Source: Candidatus Uhrbacteria bacterium (GTDB lineage Bacteria; Patescibacteriota; Patescibacteriia; UBA9934; GWF2-40-263). From it: a stretch of DNA of 64,000 bases. The notes beneath the pieces were generated by a model that was not told the origin of the DNA, ran no database searches, and saw nothing but the letters and a program-made list of their open reading frames with translations. A program made the position numbers and the translations under genes. The stretch spans positions 192,154 to 256,153 of the forward strand of contig JAPLZK010000002.1 in NCBI GenBank assembly GCA_026395055.1. The letters are read 5' to 3'. Below are positions 8,072-16,774 of this stretch, one piece after another. The stretch's first letter is position 1, and the number at the start of each line of letters is the position of its first letter.

Positions 8072-9385
8072 ATGCAAAATCGAACTCTCGTCAGAGACTT
8101 AAATGACAAACTCGGTCAGACCGTCATTGTTGCGGGTTGGCTTCACCGTTTGCGCGATATGGCCAAATTCGGATTCGCCATCGTGCGCGATCGAAGCGGG
8201 TTGGTTCAGGTTGTTTTGACTGCGGAGCAATTGGAGCAACTGAAAGGTCTACAGGTTGAAACAGTGCTAAAAGTGACGGGTATTGTTGTGGAAAAACGCA
8301 CGAAAGATCCAAATGCACACGAGGTTGAAATTCAGGCAACAACGCTCGAAATTTTGTCTCCTGTTACAGACGTCACGCCCGTTGAAATCAATAATCATGA
8401 TCTTGATGCGCGACTTGAAACCCTTTTGGACAATCGTGTTGTAACTCTGCGTCATCCAAAACAGCGTGCGATTTTCCGCGTGCAAGCGGCATTGGTGCAC
8501 GGATACCGTGCCTATATGGAAAAGCAAGGGTTCACAGAAATCTTTTTTCCTGTGCTTGCGGGGGCGGCATCAGAAGGTGGATCAGAATTTTTTCGCGTGG
8601 ATTATTACGGACGTGATGCGGCGCTCACACAATCAGCGCAGTTGTATAAACAAATCACCATGGGGGTGTATGAAGGTGTGTACGGGGTTTCTTATTCGTT
8701 CCGCGCAGAAAAATTTTCCACTTCGCGCCATTTGACCGAGTTTAACCAATTGGAGTTTGAAGTCGGATTCATTGATAGTATGGAGGAGGTTATGGAGTAT
8801 GTAGAGGGTTCCACACGCGGAATGTTTGCGGCTATTCAGGAAGAGTGTAAAGAAGAGCTGGCATTGCTTAACGTTGTCCTCCCTCCACTTGGAGAAAAAT
8901 TTCCGCGCATTAAATTGATAGATGCACTGCACGTGTATAAGGCGGAAACGGGCATTGATGAAACACACGAGCCAGATTTGTCTCCCGCAGCGGAACGATG
9001 GTTATCAACGGTATGGGCTCCAAAGGTTCATGGGTCCGGATTCGTTTTTGTTACGCATTATCCAGAAACAAAGCGTCCGTTCTATACAAAGCTTGATCCA
9101 GAAGATCCAACATCAACACTCAGTTTTGACTTGATCGGATTTGGAAGTGAAATTGTTTCCGGAGGAATGCGCGTGAATCGTTATGATGAACAGCTTGCAC
9201 GTATTCAGTCAAAAGGTTTGCGTGTAGAAGATTTTGAGGATTATCTCATGATGCATAAATACGGCATCCCACCAGAAGGTGGATTCGGAATGGGATTGCA
9301 ACGTCTGACACAAAATATCTTGGGATTAGCAAATATCAAGGAGGCAACAATTTTTCCTCGCGATGTTCAACGTCTCAGACCATAA
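8072..9385 (+). CDS. aspS: archaeal-type aspartate--tRNA ligase, probably non-discriminating
   Basis: 437 aa with no GAD insertion; GWLHRLRD, LTQSAQLYKQ, FRAEKFSTSRHLTEF, EIVSGGMR, YGIPPEGGFGMGLQR. Confidence 0.9.
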   Translation: MQNRTLVRDLNDKLGQTVIVAGWLHRLRDMAKFGFAIVRDRSGLVQVVLTAEQLEQLKGLQVETVLKVTGIVVEKRTKDPNAHEVEIQATTLEILSPVTDVTPVEINNHDLDARLETLLDNRVVTLRHPKQRAIFRVQAALVHGYRAYMEKQGFTEIFFPVLAGAASEGGSEFFRVDYYGRDAALTQSAQLYKQITMGVYEGVYGVSYSFRAEKFSTSRHLTEFNQLEFEVGFIDSMEEVMEYVEGSTRGMFAAIQEECKEELALLNVVLPPLGEKFPRIKLIDALHVYKAETGIDETHEPDLSPAAERWLSTVWAPKVHGSGFVFVTHYPETKRPFYTKLDPEDPTSTLSFDLIGFGSEIVSGGMRVNRYDEQLARIQSKGLRVEDFEDYLMMHKYGIPPEGGFGMGLQRLTQNILGLANIKEATIFPRDVQRLRP

Positions 9386-9391
9386 ACAGAT

Positions 9392-9419
9392 AAAAACCTG
9401 GGGAAAACCCAGGTTTTTT
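9392..9419 (+). terminator. intrinsic terminator after aspS
   Basis: AAAAACCTGGG-GAAAA-CCCAGGTTTTTT. Confidence 0.85.
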
Positions 9420-9504
9420 GTTTTGCGTGTTCGAGGTGGTTCAGGTAAAATACGCACATAATTCGCGGGGGAGATCCTTCCTTCGTCAGGATGACGCAAA
9501 AAGC

Positions 9505-10197
9505 ATGTTCGAGATAGAATCAGAACAATTCACGGGTCCGCTGGAACTTCTTCTCGAGCTTATCGAAGCGGAATCTTTGTCGATCTCGGAAGTCTCACTT
9601 GCACATGTGACCGAGTCGTATCTTGCGCACATTGAAAAGAACGAACCCCCTGCAGACGAGCTCGCAGATTTTTTGATTGTCGCGACTCGACTTCTTCTTC
9701 TAAAATCCAGACTCCTCCTGCCAGACCCGGTTCTCGAGGAAGAAGATACCTCCGACCTTGCGGCACAGCTCAAAATGTACAAACAGTTCGTGGATCTTTC
9801 CGCACACCTCGAAAAACAATTCAACGCAAAGATCGAATTATTCCCGCGCGAGAAAGCAGATGTCATCAAGATTCTCGAACTCGTGATTCCAGACGGTGTC
9901 TCAACAACTTCGCTTCACGAATCATTCGCCAAGCTCCTCAAGAACTTGGAACCATTTTTCAATCTGAAACAAGTTGCCCTTGAGCGTGTCGTCTCCGTCA
10001 AAGAGCGGTTCGATGAAATTCGCAATGCGATTATGGAACGAGCCCGATTCACATTCAGAGATATTGTGGGAACAGGGAAGTCGAGAGTTGATACCGTTAT
10101 TAGCTTCCTCGCCCTTCTTGAACTCGTAAAGCAGCGCGTCGTTCATGTTGTCCAAGGTGAGTCATTTGAGGATATTGAGATTAAACGCATTGACTAA
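9505..10197 (+). CDS. scpA: segregation/condensation protein A
   Basis: FTGPLELLLELI, FLIVATRLLLLKSRLLLP, FLALLELVK. Confidence 0.94.
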   Translation: MFEIESEQFTGPLELLLELIEAESLSISEVSLAHVTESYLAHIEKNEPPADELADFLIVATRLLLLKSRLLLPDPVLEEEDTSDLAAQLKMYKQFVDLSAHLEKQFNAKIELFPREKADVIKILELVIPDGVSTTSLHESFAKLLKNLEPFFNLKQVALERVVSVKERFDEIRNAIMERARFTFRDIVGTGKSRVDTVISFLALLELVKQRVVHVVQGESFEDIEIKRID

Positions 10198-10200
10198 TCT

Positions 10201-10752
10201 ATGCTCACAACAAATATTGAATCCATCCTCTTTGCTGCCGCGAAACCCATTTCTCTTGATCAGCTCAAGAAATATTTTGATGTCTCAAGTGAAGTGATTG
10301 TGGAAGCGGTTGAAGATATTCGTACACGTTATAATCGCGAGACATCCGGTATTCATCTTCTTGAACAAGAAGGGAAGGTTCAGTTTGTAACGAACCCAGA
10401 TGCATCAGAGGATGTCGCGAGCTTTTTGAAAAAAGATGCAACAAGTCCTCTCACCAAACCATCACTTGAGACGCTTACGGTTATTGCGTATCGTGGGCCA
10501 GTGACTCGACCCGAGCTCGAACAAATTCGTGGTGTGAACTGTGGAGTGATCCTTCGAAACTTGATGATTCGAGGATTCATCGAGGAGACGCAGGATCGGA
10601 CGCGGCTGCAACCGGTCTATTCCGTTTCGATGGACTTTATGCGCAAGCTTGGTCTCACGCATCTCGAAGAGTTACCCGAGTACGAATCATTTCATACAAA
10701 TGAATCTATTGACGAATTGCTTAAGACAACCCCAGAAGAACCGGTTGTATGA
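10201..10752 (+). CDS. scpB: segregation/condensation protein B
   Basis: IESILF, LETLTVIAYRGPVTRPELEQIRGVN, LGLTHLEELP. Confidence 0.95.
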   Translation: MLTTNIESILFAAAKPISLDQLKKYFDVSSEVIVEAVEDIRTRYNRETSGIHLLEQEGKVQFVTNPDASEDVASFLKKDATSPLTKPSLETLTVIAYRGPVTRPELEQIRGVNCGVILRNLMIRGFIEETQDRTRLQPVYSVSMDFMRKLGLTHLEELPEYESFHTNESIDELLKTTPEEPVV

Positions 10753-11762
10753 TTTTAAAGTTCTTCACGCAAATTATTCTCGCCTCCACGTTATTGCAAT
10801 TGTTTCCTGTTGACGTCAGTGACGTTCAACGTCTTGCAACGCACCCGAGTGAACAAGCGCCATCGCTTTATAATTTTTTTACGCTGCCAAACGCACACTT
10901 ACCTCAGTCGGCTGATGCAGCTCCAACCAAGATTCATCCAAACAGTCTTGGGGTCGTGACCTCTGCGGAGAGTGCGATTGTCGTGGATAGAAAAACAAAA
11001 CAGATTTTATTTCAAAAAAATATAGACACACCGCGTTCCATTGGTTCCATCACAAAGCTTATGACCGCATTTGTCTTCTTGAGCACCAACCCTGATTTAA
11101 ATGCCCCCGCAAAATTACAAGCAGAAGACTTTCGTGCGGGGGGCGTACAGCATGTGGGATTTGGCGACGACGCAACCGTAAAAGATATTTTATATGCAAG
11201 CCTGATTAGTTCTGATAATTCCGCAACGGCATCGCTCGCGCGATTATCCGGCATGAGCATTCAGGATTTTGTAGTGAAGATGAATAAGACCGCCATTTCA
11301 ATGGGAATGGAACGCACACATTTTGAGGATCCAACAGGGTTGTCTCCTCGGAATGAATCGGTCGTTTCTGATCTCGTAAAGATGCTCGATGTTGTCGCAC
11401 AAAATGATATTATCCGAGACGCAACAGAACATGACACCTTTGCCATTACGACCGTGTCCGGGAAAACGTATAATCTAAAAAGCACGGATCAACTTCTTTC
11501 CAGTTTCGTGAATCAACAACCGTATCGTATTGTCGCGGGGAAAACAGGATATCTCCCTGAGGCCGGCTATTGTCTCGGAACCGTTTTGAACCACGACGGC
11601 GCGGGTGACATCATTGTTGTTGTGCTTGGATCAGAGACGAATGCGGATCGTTTTCAGGATATTAAGTCTCTTGCCGTTTGGTCTTATCAAACGTTTAAAT
11701 GGCCAGGTCAACTTTCTTATGTTGCAAAAACTCATGGCGCTGATCCACTTTTTACCGAGTGA
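10749..11762 (+). CDS. D-alanyl-D-alanine carboxypeptidase/endopeptidase (S11)
   Basis: SITK (SxxK), SDN (SxN), KTG; N-terminal signal-like segment. Confidence 0.9.
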   Translation: MILKFFTQIILASTLLQLFPVDVSDVQRLATHPSEQAPSLYNFFTLPNAHLPQSADAAPTKIHPNSLGVVTSAESAIVVDRKTKQILFQKNIDTPRSIGSITKLMTAFVFLSTNPDLNAPAKLQAEDFRAGGVQHVGFGDDATVKDILYASLISSDNSATASLARLSGMSIQDFVVKMNKTAISMGMERTHFEDPTGLSPRNESVVSDLVKMLDVVAQNDIIRDATEHDTFAITTVSGKTYNLKSTDQLLSSFVNQQPYRIVAGKTGYLPEAGYCLGTVLNHDGAGDIIVVVLGSETNADRFQDIKSLAVWSYQTFKWPGQLSYVAKTHGADPLFTE

Positions 11763-12210
11763 GCTTGTCATTGCGCTCCTTGCGGCAATGCCTATCGTTG
11801 AATTGCGTGCGGCAATTCCTGTTGGGGTTGGTGTTTACCATATGTCTTCTGTGTCGGCTTATGGTTGGTCCGTTCTTGGGAATTTGATCCCGCTTGTTTT
11901 GCTTTTTCTCTATTTACCAAGACTTATTTCTGCTCTTTCATTTTATTCTCCAAAGATCCATGGGATCTTCGAACGCTATTTTTTTCGATTGTCAAAAAAA
12001 CATGCAGAGGCACTGAATCGTTATGGCTCTTTGTTTCTTTTGGTCTTTGTTGGGATTCCGCACCCAGGAGGGGGAGTATGGACCGCAAGTTTGCTTGCGA
12101 TTTTATTTCGCCTGCATCCAAAGTTTGCGATTCCTGCAATTGCGGGCGGAGTTCTTATCTCAGGTCTGGTCGTTCTTTTTTTGACGGAAGCATCGATAAA
12201 ATTATTTTGA
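11719..12210 (+). CDS. small multidrug export-like membrane protein (COG2426-like)
   Basis: PIVELRAAIP, GNLIP, FVGIPHPGGGVWT. Confidence 0.8.
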   Translation: MLQKLMALIHFLPSELVIALLAAMPIVELRAAIPVGVGVYHMSSVSAYGWSVLGNLIPLVLLFLYLPRLISALSFYSPKIHGIFERYFFRLSKKHAEALNRYGSLFLLVFVGIPHPGGGVWTASLLAILFRLHPKFAIPAIAGGVLISGLVVLFLTEASIKLF

Positions 12211-12212
12211 GT

Positions 12213-13385
12213 ATGCGAATCGCGATCGATGGAGAAACACTGTGTGATGCCGCGGGAGGTGTTGGTGCGGGAATCGAACACTATACATGGGAATTCCTTT
12301 CTGCCCTTGTGCGACAAAAAACGTCGCACGTGTTTCTGATTTCTGTTCCGAATCAACTCACAGAACAACGTGTCCGCACGCTCCTCGAGGGGGCGCAAAG
12401 TGAAGTTGTGATTTTGCGATCTCTTTTGCCACGCGTTTCATTTTTTTCGCACCATCTCTTTCTTCCGCTGCGCTTTAAGCTGAAGGGAGCCGATTTGCTT
12501 TTCAGTCCAAGCGGACAAATTCCTCTTGGATGGTTCGGAAAATCTGTGACGACCATTCACGATGTTGCTATTTATGAACATCCGGAATGGTTTGCTTCTT
12601 TGGGGAATCAACGATTTTCTACGCGTATGGTTGTGCCACGTTCCATTGAACGCGCAGATCGTTTGCTTGCCGTCTCGCAAACAACGGCAGAACGTCTCGT
12701 GCAACTCTTTCCGTCCGTTGCAAGTAAAACAGCGGTTGTCTATGAAGGTGTTTCCGTTCCGGGAGATTTCTCTTACGACATTTCTTCAAAACGTTTTCCA
12801 TTCGATCGAGATGTTGTGTTATTTTTAGGAACCATTGAACCACGCAAAAATCTTCCGTTCGCAATTGAAGCGTTCGATACATTTCTTCGACAACATCCTG
12901 AATGTGTGACAACTGTTCGATTTATTCTTGCGGGAAAAAAAGGATGGGGAACAGAAGAGGTGACGAGACTGGTGGAAGATGTAAATCGCGTGTGGTCCGA
13001 TTTAGAACCAGAGGGCGTGATTCAATTTTTAGGAATGGTGACCGAAGAAGAAAAATGGACACTCCTTGCGCGCGCATCTGTGTTCCTTTTTCCATCGTTC
13101 GACGAAGGGTTCGGATTACCTATTCTTGAAGCGATGGCCGTTGGAACACCTGTTATTGCCTCGAAGGCCGAAGCCCTTGTGGAGATTGGTGGAGATGCGG
13201 TCATGAGTGTAGACGACGTTGAATCGTTCGCCCTTGCGATGGCGCAATGTCTCTTGCTTCCAGAAGGAGTAAAGATGTTGCGACAAGATGGGCTCGACAG
13301 GGCAAAACAATTTACTTGGGAGAAGACGGCAAAGGAAACAGTAAGAATCATAGAATCTCTAGAAAACAAAAAGTCACTGGAATAA
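12213..13385 (+). CDS. glycosyltransferase family 4
   Basis: TIHD, FLGTIEPRKN, FPSFDEGFGLPILEAMAVGTPVI, FTWEKTA. Confidence 0.93.
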   Translation: MRIAIDGETLCDAAGGVGAGIEHYTWEFLSALVRQKTSHVFLISVPNQLTEQRVRTLLEGAQSEVVILRSLLPRVSFFSHHLFLPLRFKLKGADLLFSPSGQIPLGWFGKSVTTIHDVAIYEHPEWFASLGNQRFSTRMVVPRSIERADRLLAVSQTTAERLVQLFPSVASKTAVVYEGVSVPGDFSYDISSKRFPFDRDVVLFLGTIEPRKNLPFAIEAFDTFLRQHPECVTTVRFILAGKKGWGTEEVTRLVEDVNRVWSDLEPEGVIQFLGMVTEEEKWTLLARASVFLFPSFDEGFGLPILEAMAVGTPVIASKAEALVEIGGDAVMSVDDVESFALAMAQCLLLPEGVKMLRQDGLDRAKQFTWEKTAKETVRIIESLENKKSLE

Positions 13386-13400
13386 CCCAGTGACTTTTTT
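13368..13400. terminator. bidirectional terminator
   Basis: AAAAAGTCACTGG-AATAAC-CCAGTGACTTTTTT between convergent genes. Confidence 0.8.
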
Positions 13401-13864
13401 TATAATTTTGTTTGAAGATAGGCGATCAAGACAACCTGTGCCATGAGGGCGTAATACAATGGAACTTCGCCTTTTCGTTTCACAAAGTAATCATGAAAGA
13501 AGAAGTGCATTTTGAAGAACCATTTCAGGAGTGGGGACTTCGTAAGATCGTAAAGACCAACAAGAAGATCAGGTAATACTCCTCCGATGATTCCCCAAGT
13601 GAAGTTGCGAACAGAGATAATGTCTCTTGTGTTTGCAAGCATGAGGACAAAGAAGATGGCGATGATCGCGTCAACAGCAACATAGGCCACGGCCTGTTTA
13701 CGGCGACGTTTGTGTACGCGAAAGTTGTCAGACAAGCCCGTGTCTCCGTGTGGAATCATGTCCACAAGAAAATGTGAAATGAACCCAAAGACAAAAGCCA
13801 TGAGTGGATTACCGGCTGCTTTTGCAAGAACAGCGCCTAACGTCGCGTGAGTGGTCAGTGTCAT
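13400..13864 (-). CDS. membrane protein, putative metal-binding hydrolase
   Basis: TTH, SHFLVDMIPHGD, GGVLPD, HFFFHD motifs with TM helices. Confidence 0.7.
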   Translation of the reverse strand: MTLTTHATLGAVLAKAAGNPLMAFVFGFISHFLVDMIPHGDTGLSDNFRVHKRRRKQAVAYVAVDAIIAIFFVLMLANTRDIISVRNFTWGIIGGVLPDLLVGLYDLTKSPLLKWFFKMHFFFHDYFVKRKGEVPLYYALMAQVVLIAYLQTKL

Positions 13865-14014
13865 AGATGGGAGGAGTATAGCATGGATTCGAGGGGACGG
13901 GAAGGGCTGGCGGGTTTCGAAAGCTTTTGAATAAAGCATTTTTATGGGACATTCCTTGACAAAACTCGTTTTCCATGGTAGTTTTTTTCGTTCTCAATCA
14001 CATGGAGGGGACTC

Positions 14015-14515
14015 GTGGCAAACAAATCTGTTCTGTGTTTTGTCTCAGGTGATCGTGCTTACTTCACGACATGTAATCTTGAAGAACAGGCCGGTGATGA
14101 ATGGCGTAAACCTATCACACCTAACTGCAACGATGCAGATGTACCTTACTACCCAAGAAATAAAGATGATTTCCGTGAAGATGGTTTCCCGAAATGGGAA
14201 GTGTCTGTTCTGAAATGGGTGTGTCGAGCGGTACAACTCGAAACGCCGGATGCGCATTGGGGCCCATTCATTTCGATTCACGACATCAATAACGGAATTG
14301 CTCCATGGTTGACCAGCGGTAATTACTGGCAGGACGAGGATGGAAATCCGATCGAGGAAAGTCACCTGGCGAGCCCTGTCGTGATTCATCCTTGGGACTG
14401 GCAGTTATCGACTGAAGTCGTGTCGATCATGGCCGGAACCACGAAGGAAGAATTTCGATACGTGATCGAATCGCTGGGCGGACGTGTTGAGGAGATAGGA
14501 AAACTCGGTGAATAG
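14015..14515 (+). CDS. hypothetical accessory protein
   Basis: TTGACA upstream, GGAGGG SD, GTG start, downstream hairpin. Confidence 0.75.
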   Translation: MANKSVLCFVSGDRAYFTTCNLEEQAGDEWRKPITPNCNDADVPYYPRNKDDFREDGFPKWEVSVLKWVCRAVQLETPDAHWGPFISIHDINNGIAPWLTSGNYWQDEDGNPIEESHLASPVVIHPWDWQLSTEVVSIMAGTTKEEFRYVIESLGGRVEEIGKLGE

Positions 14516-14617
14516 AATCGGCTTAACTTGCGCATTGTGTGTGGTGGAACGTTCCATCATCATGATGCGCTCTTTTATTTGGAAAGGAGAAACAAAAAAC
14601 CACCACATGCGTGATGG

Positions 14618-15025
14618 CTAGCGGGTCGAAGGGGCCTGAGGCAGAGAGTACGCGCCCGTGATGGGGCTGTAACGCAGAGCCTGGATTTGCGTGCAGGAAT
14701 CCGGTGAAAGACCGAGTTCCGAGAAGCCGCGTTTCCAATCGCCGTTCTCGACCTGAACACGGTTGTAGTGTCCGGAAAGGTGCATGAGGTTGCCGCCTTG
14801 CGGATCCTTCCAATAAATTCCGTCCGAGTGCGGTTCGTTGTCGATGGAAGCGCCATGGAGTTCCCAACAGCGATACGGCTTGCCGTTCATATCCATCTGA
14901 ATGACGACCCAATCGGCGCCGAAGCTTTCAGCGTTGCAAGAAGCACAGGAGCGTCCCATGCCAGCACAGCCGACCATGACGAGCATGAGGGAAATCCACG
15001 AACGATTCAATAGATGTCTGAACAC
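14618..15025 (-). CDS. putative lipoprotein
   Basis: GTG at 15025 after GAGG; LVMVGC lipobox-like; upstream TTGACA-17-TATTGT. Confidence 0.65.
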   Translation of the reverse strand: MFRHLLNRSWISLMLVMVGCAGMGRSCASCNAESFGADWVVIQMDMNGKPYRCWELHGASIDNEPHSDGIYWKDPQGGNLMHLSGHYNRVQVENGDWKRGFSELGLSPDSCTQIQALRYSPITGAYSLPQAPSTR

Positions 15026-15144
15026 GAGAACCTCACGTTCTCGAAGCGTCTGTTGCTTCGATCGAGGAAACAATAGGTGAATGTGTGCATTTTGTCAATA
15101 GATTCCCGCAAACAAAAAACCACCACGTGACGTGATGGATTTTT

Positions 15145-15221
15145 TGGTAGCTGGAGAGGGGGTCGAACCCTCGACCTCGGGCTTATGAGTCCCGCGCTCT
15201 AACCAACTGAGCTACCCAGCC
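15145..15221 (-). tRNA. tRNA-Met(CAT), probably elongator
   Basis: GGCTGGGTAGCTCAGTTGGTTAGAGC...CTCATAA...GGTTCGAC...ACCA; Ile2 not excluded. Confidence 0.92.
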
Positions 15222-15348
15222 GTAAAAACTTTCTAAATTGGCGATCTTTCGGCTTGCGCTCCGCGTGCTTCATCGAAGGACGTCTATGTCCATCTCCGTC
15301 GCATGCTCGCGCTGCACCGAAATCTCATCCAATTTAGAAAGTTTTTAC
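15222..15348. repeat. MITE-like 127 bp element with perfect 20 bp terminal inverted repeats
   Basis: GTAAAAACTTTCTAAATTGG ... CCAATTTAGAAAGTTTTTAC. Confidence 0.75.
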
Positions 15349-15374
15349 ACTCGCTTTGATTGGATGATTTTCCT

Positions 15375-15459
15375 TGGTGCCGACAGTGGGACTTGAACCC
15401 ACATGAGTTTCCCCACACGATTTTGAGTCGTGCGCGTATACCAGTTCCGCCATGTCGGC
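15375..15459 (-). tRNA. tRNA-Leu(CAA)
   Basis: GCCGACATGGCGGAACTGGTATACGCG...CTCAAAA, long variable arm, GGTTCAAG, ACCA. Confidence 0.95.
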
Positions 15460-15524
15460 CTGTTAAGGTAGCGATAAGATATCAAAATAACGAAAAACTG
15501 TCCAGCTCAGAATCTAAGGTATTG

Positions 15525-15553
15525 TTGACAGTTCGACCATGATCAGGCATACT
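15525..15553 (+). promoter_or_regulatory. promoter of initiator tRNA
   Basis: TTGACA-17 bp-CATACT just upstream of the tRNA. Confidence 0.7.
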
Positions 15554-15558
15554 TTCGC

Positions 15559-15635
15559 TGCGGGGTAGAGCAGCCTGGCAGCTCGTCGGGCTCATAACCC
15601 GAAGGTCATTGGTTCAAATCCAATCCCCGCAACCA
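15559..15635 (+). tRNA. initiator tRNA-fMet(CAT)
   Basis: TGCGGGGTAGAGCAGCCTGGCAGCTCGTCGGGCTCATAACCCGA...; three G:C pairs in anticodon stem. Confidence 0.95.
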
Positions 15636-15751
15636 AAAATCCATCACCTTGTGTGGTGGTTTTTTGTTTCTGGTCATGATTGACATAGAATCAAATCCTT
15701 GTTAATCTTCGTTCTTCTTTGATATGAGGGTGGTGTCTTGTCTGGCATAAA

Positions 15752-16657
15752 ATGCTTGATAAAGCATTGGTCTCATTTCTGATGATCAATCGTGTTTTCC
15801 GAGCGATTCGGATGCATAAACAAGGGGTTGTGAGAATGCTGATCACGATCAGTGTGGGGATTGTTTGTCTTGCAGCATGTGTGCTGCTTGATTACGTCAC
15901 GAGTCCTACATACAAGCGATTCAAAGATGAAGAAGTGCCGAGCTCGGTCGGATATCCGGCGGGCTGGAAACTGAAATCACTTTCCGAACAAGTGAAAATT
16001 CTCAAGCGACATTTTCCGCTGCTTGACGTCTCGCATGCGGAAGAACTTGCGATGGCATATCAGCACAACGGAGCATTGGTTCTTCCAGATGGAATGGATG
16101 GACTCGTCGTGATTCCAAAGTACATGGCGGTTGCAAAAGAAGTTGGTTCGGCGGATTGGCCGGCGTATAATCGTGCAATGGCGCTGTTGATCTCTGTCAT
16201 TAAAAAGACACGTACGGATTTTGTTCTGTATGCAGATGGTCTTGGTCCAAACAATGAGCGTCTCTCGAAGAGTGCTCGCCGATTTTACGAGGCACAGAAG
16301 GATGTTCCTGGTGATGTACTCGTCATTCCGGTTCAGACAGGACTTTTCCATCGTGGAAGGTCGTTCCGACGCGCTCGCGCACTATTTGCGCCAAATGAAT
16401 TCGATCTGGATGCGTTCGCGATTGGATGCGTCATTCTCACACACCCGGAACGATTGCGGAATGCAGATGCTCTCTGGATCGATTGCGCCGGAACGGAAAC
16501 GCAAGATCTTGGAAAGATTCTGAGCATGTTCGGTATGGGTTTTTCGAACACCTCCGGTTGGGGTTTTGAGAACAACGAGCTTCGATACGTTTCCTACAAG
16601 TTGCGCGTCGACTTTGCTCACCCGGGATTTGGTCCTGGATCAACGGTTCTGTTTTAG
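15752..16657 (+). CDS. hypothetical membrane-anchored protein (true start may be near 15830)
   Basis: Long ORF with N-terminal TM; own TTGACA promoter and terminator (16670-16706). Confidence 0.7.
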   Translation: MLDKALVSFLMINRVFRAIRMHKQGVVRMLITISVGIVCLAACVLLDYVTSPTYKRFKDEEVPSSVGYPAGWKLKSLSEQVKILKRHFPLLDVSHAEELAMAYQHNGALVLPDGMDGLVVIPKYMAVAKEVGSADWPAYNRAMALLISVIKKTRTDFVLYADGLGPNNERLSKSARRFYEAQKDVPGDVLVIPVQTGLFHRGRSFRRARALFAPNEFDLDAFAIGCVILTHPERLRNADALWIDCAGTETQDLGKILSMFGMGFSNTSGWGFENNELRYVSYKLRVDFAHPGFGPGSTVLF

Positions 16658-16774
16658 ATCTCCTCTTCACCGATCACTTCCCATTGGGAATGATCGGTTT
16701 TTTGTTTGTGTTTATTATTTGTGCAGGAGGGTCTCGACCCTCCCCTACGATCTCTGCTATAATTCCTCCAGCTT

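Noticed and set aside
11865-12212. N-terminal extensions in the ORF track (glycosyltransferase; also adk, scpA, ftsZ, infC, 57742 ORF)
   Set aside because: They overlap upstream genes, terminators or promoters; family homology starts at the later ATGs used here.
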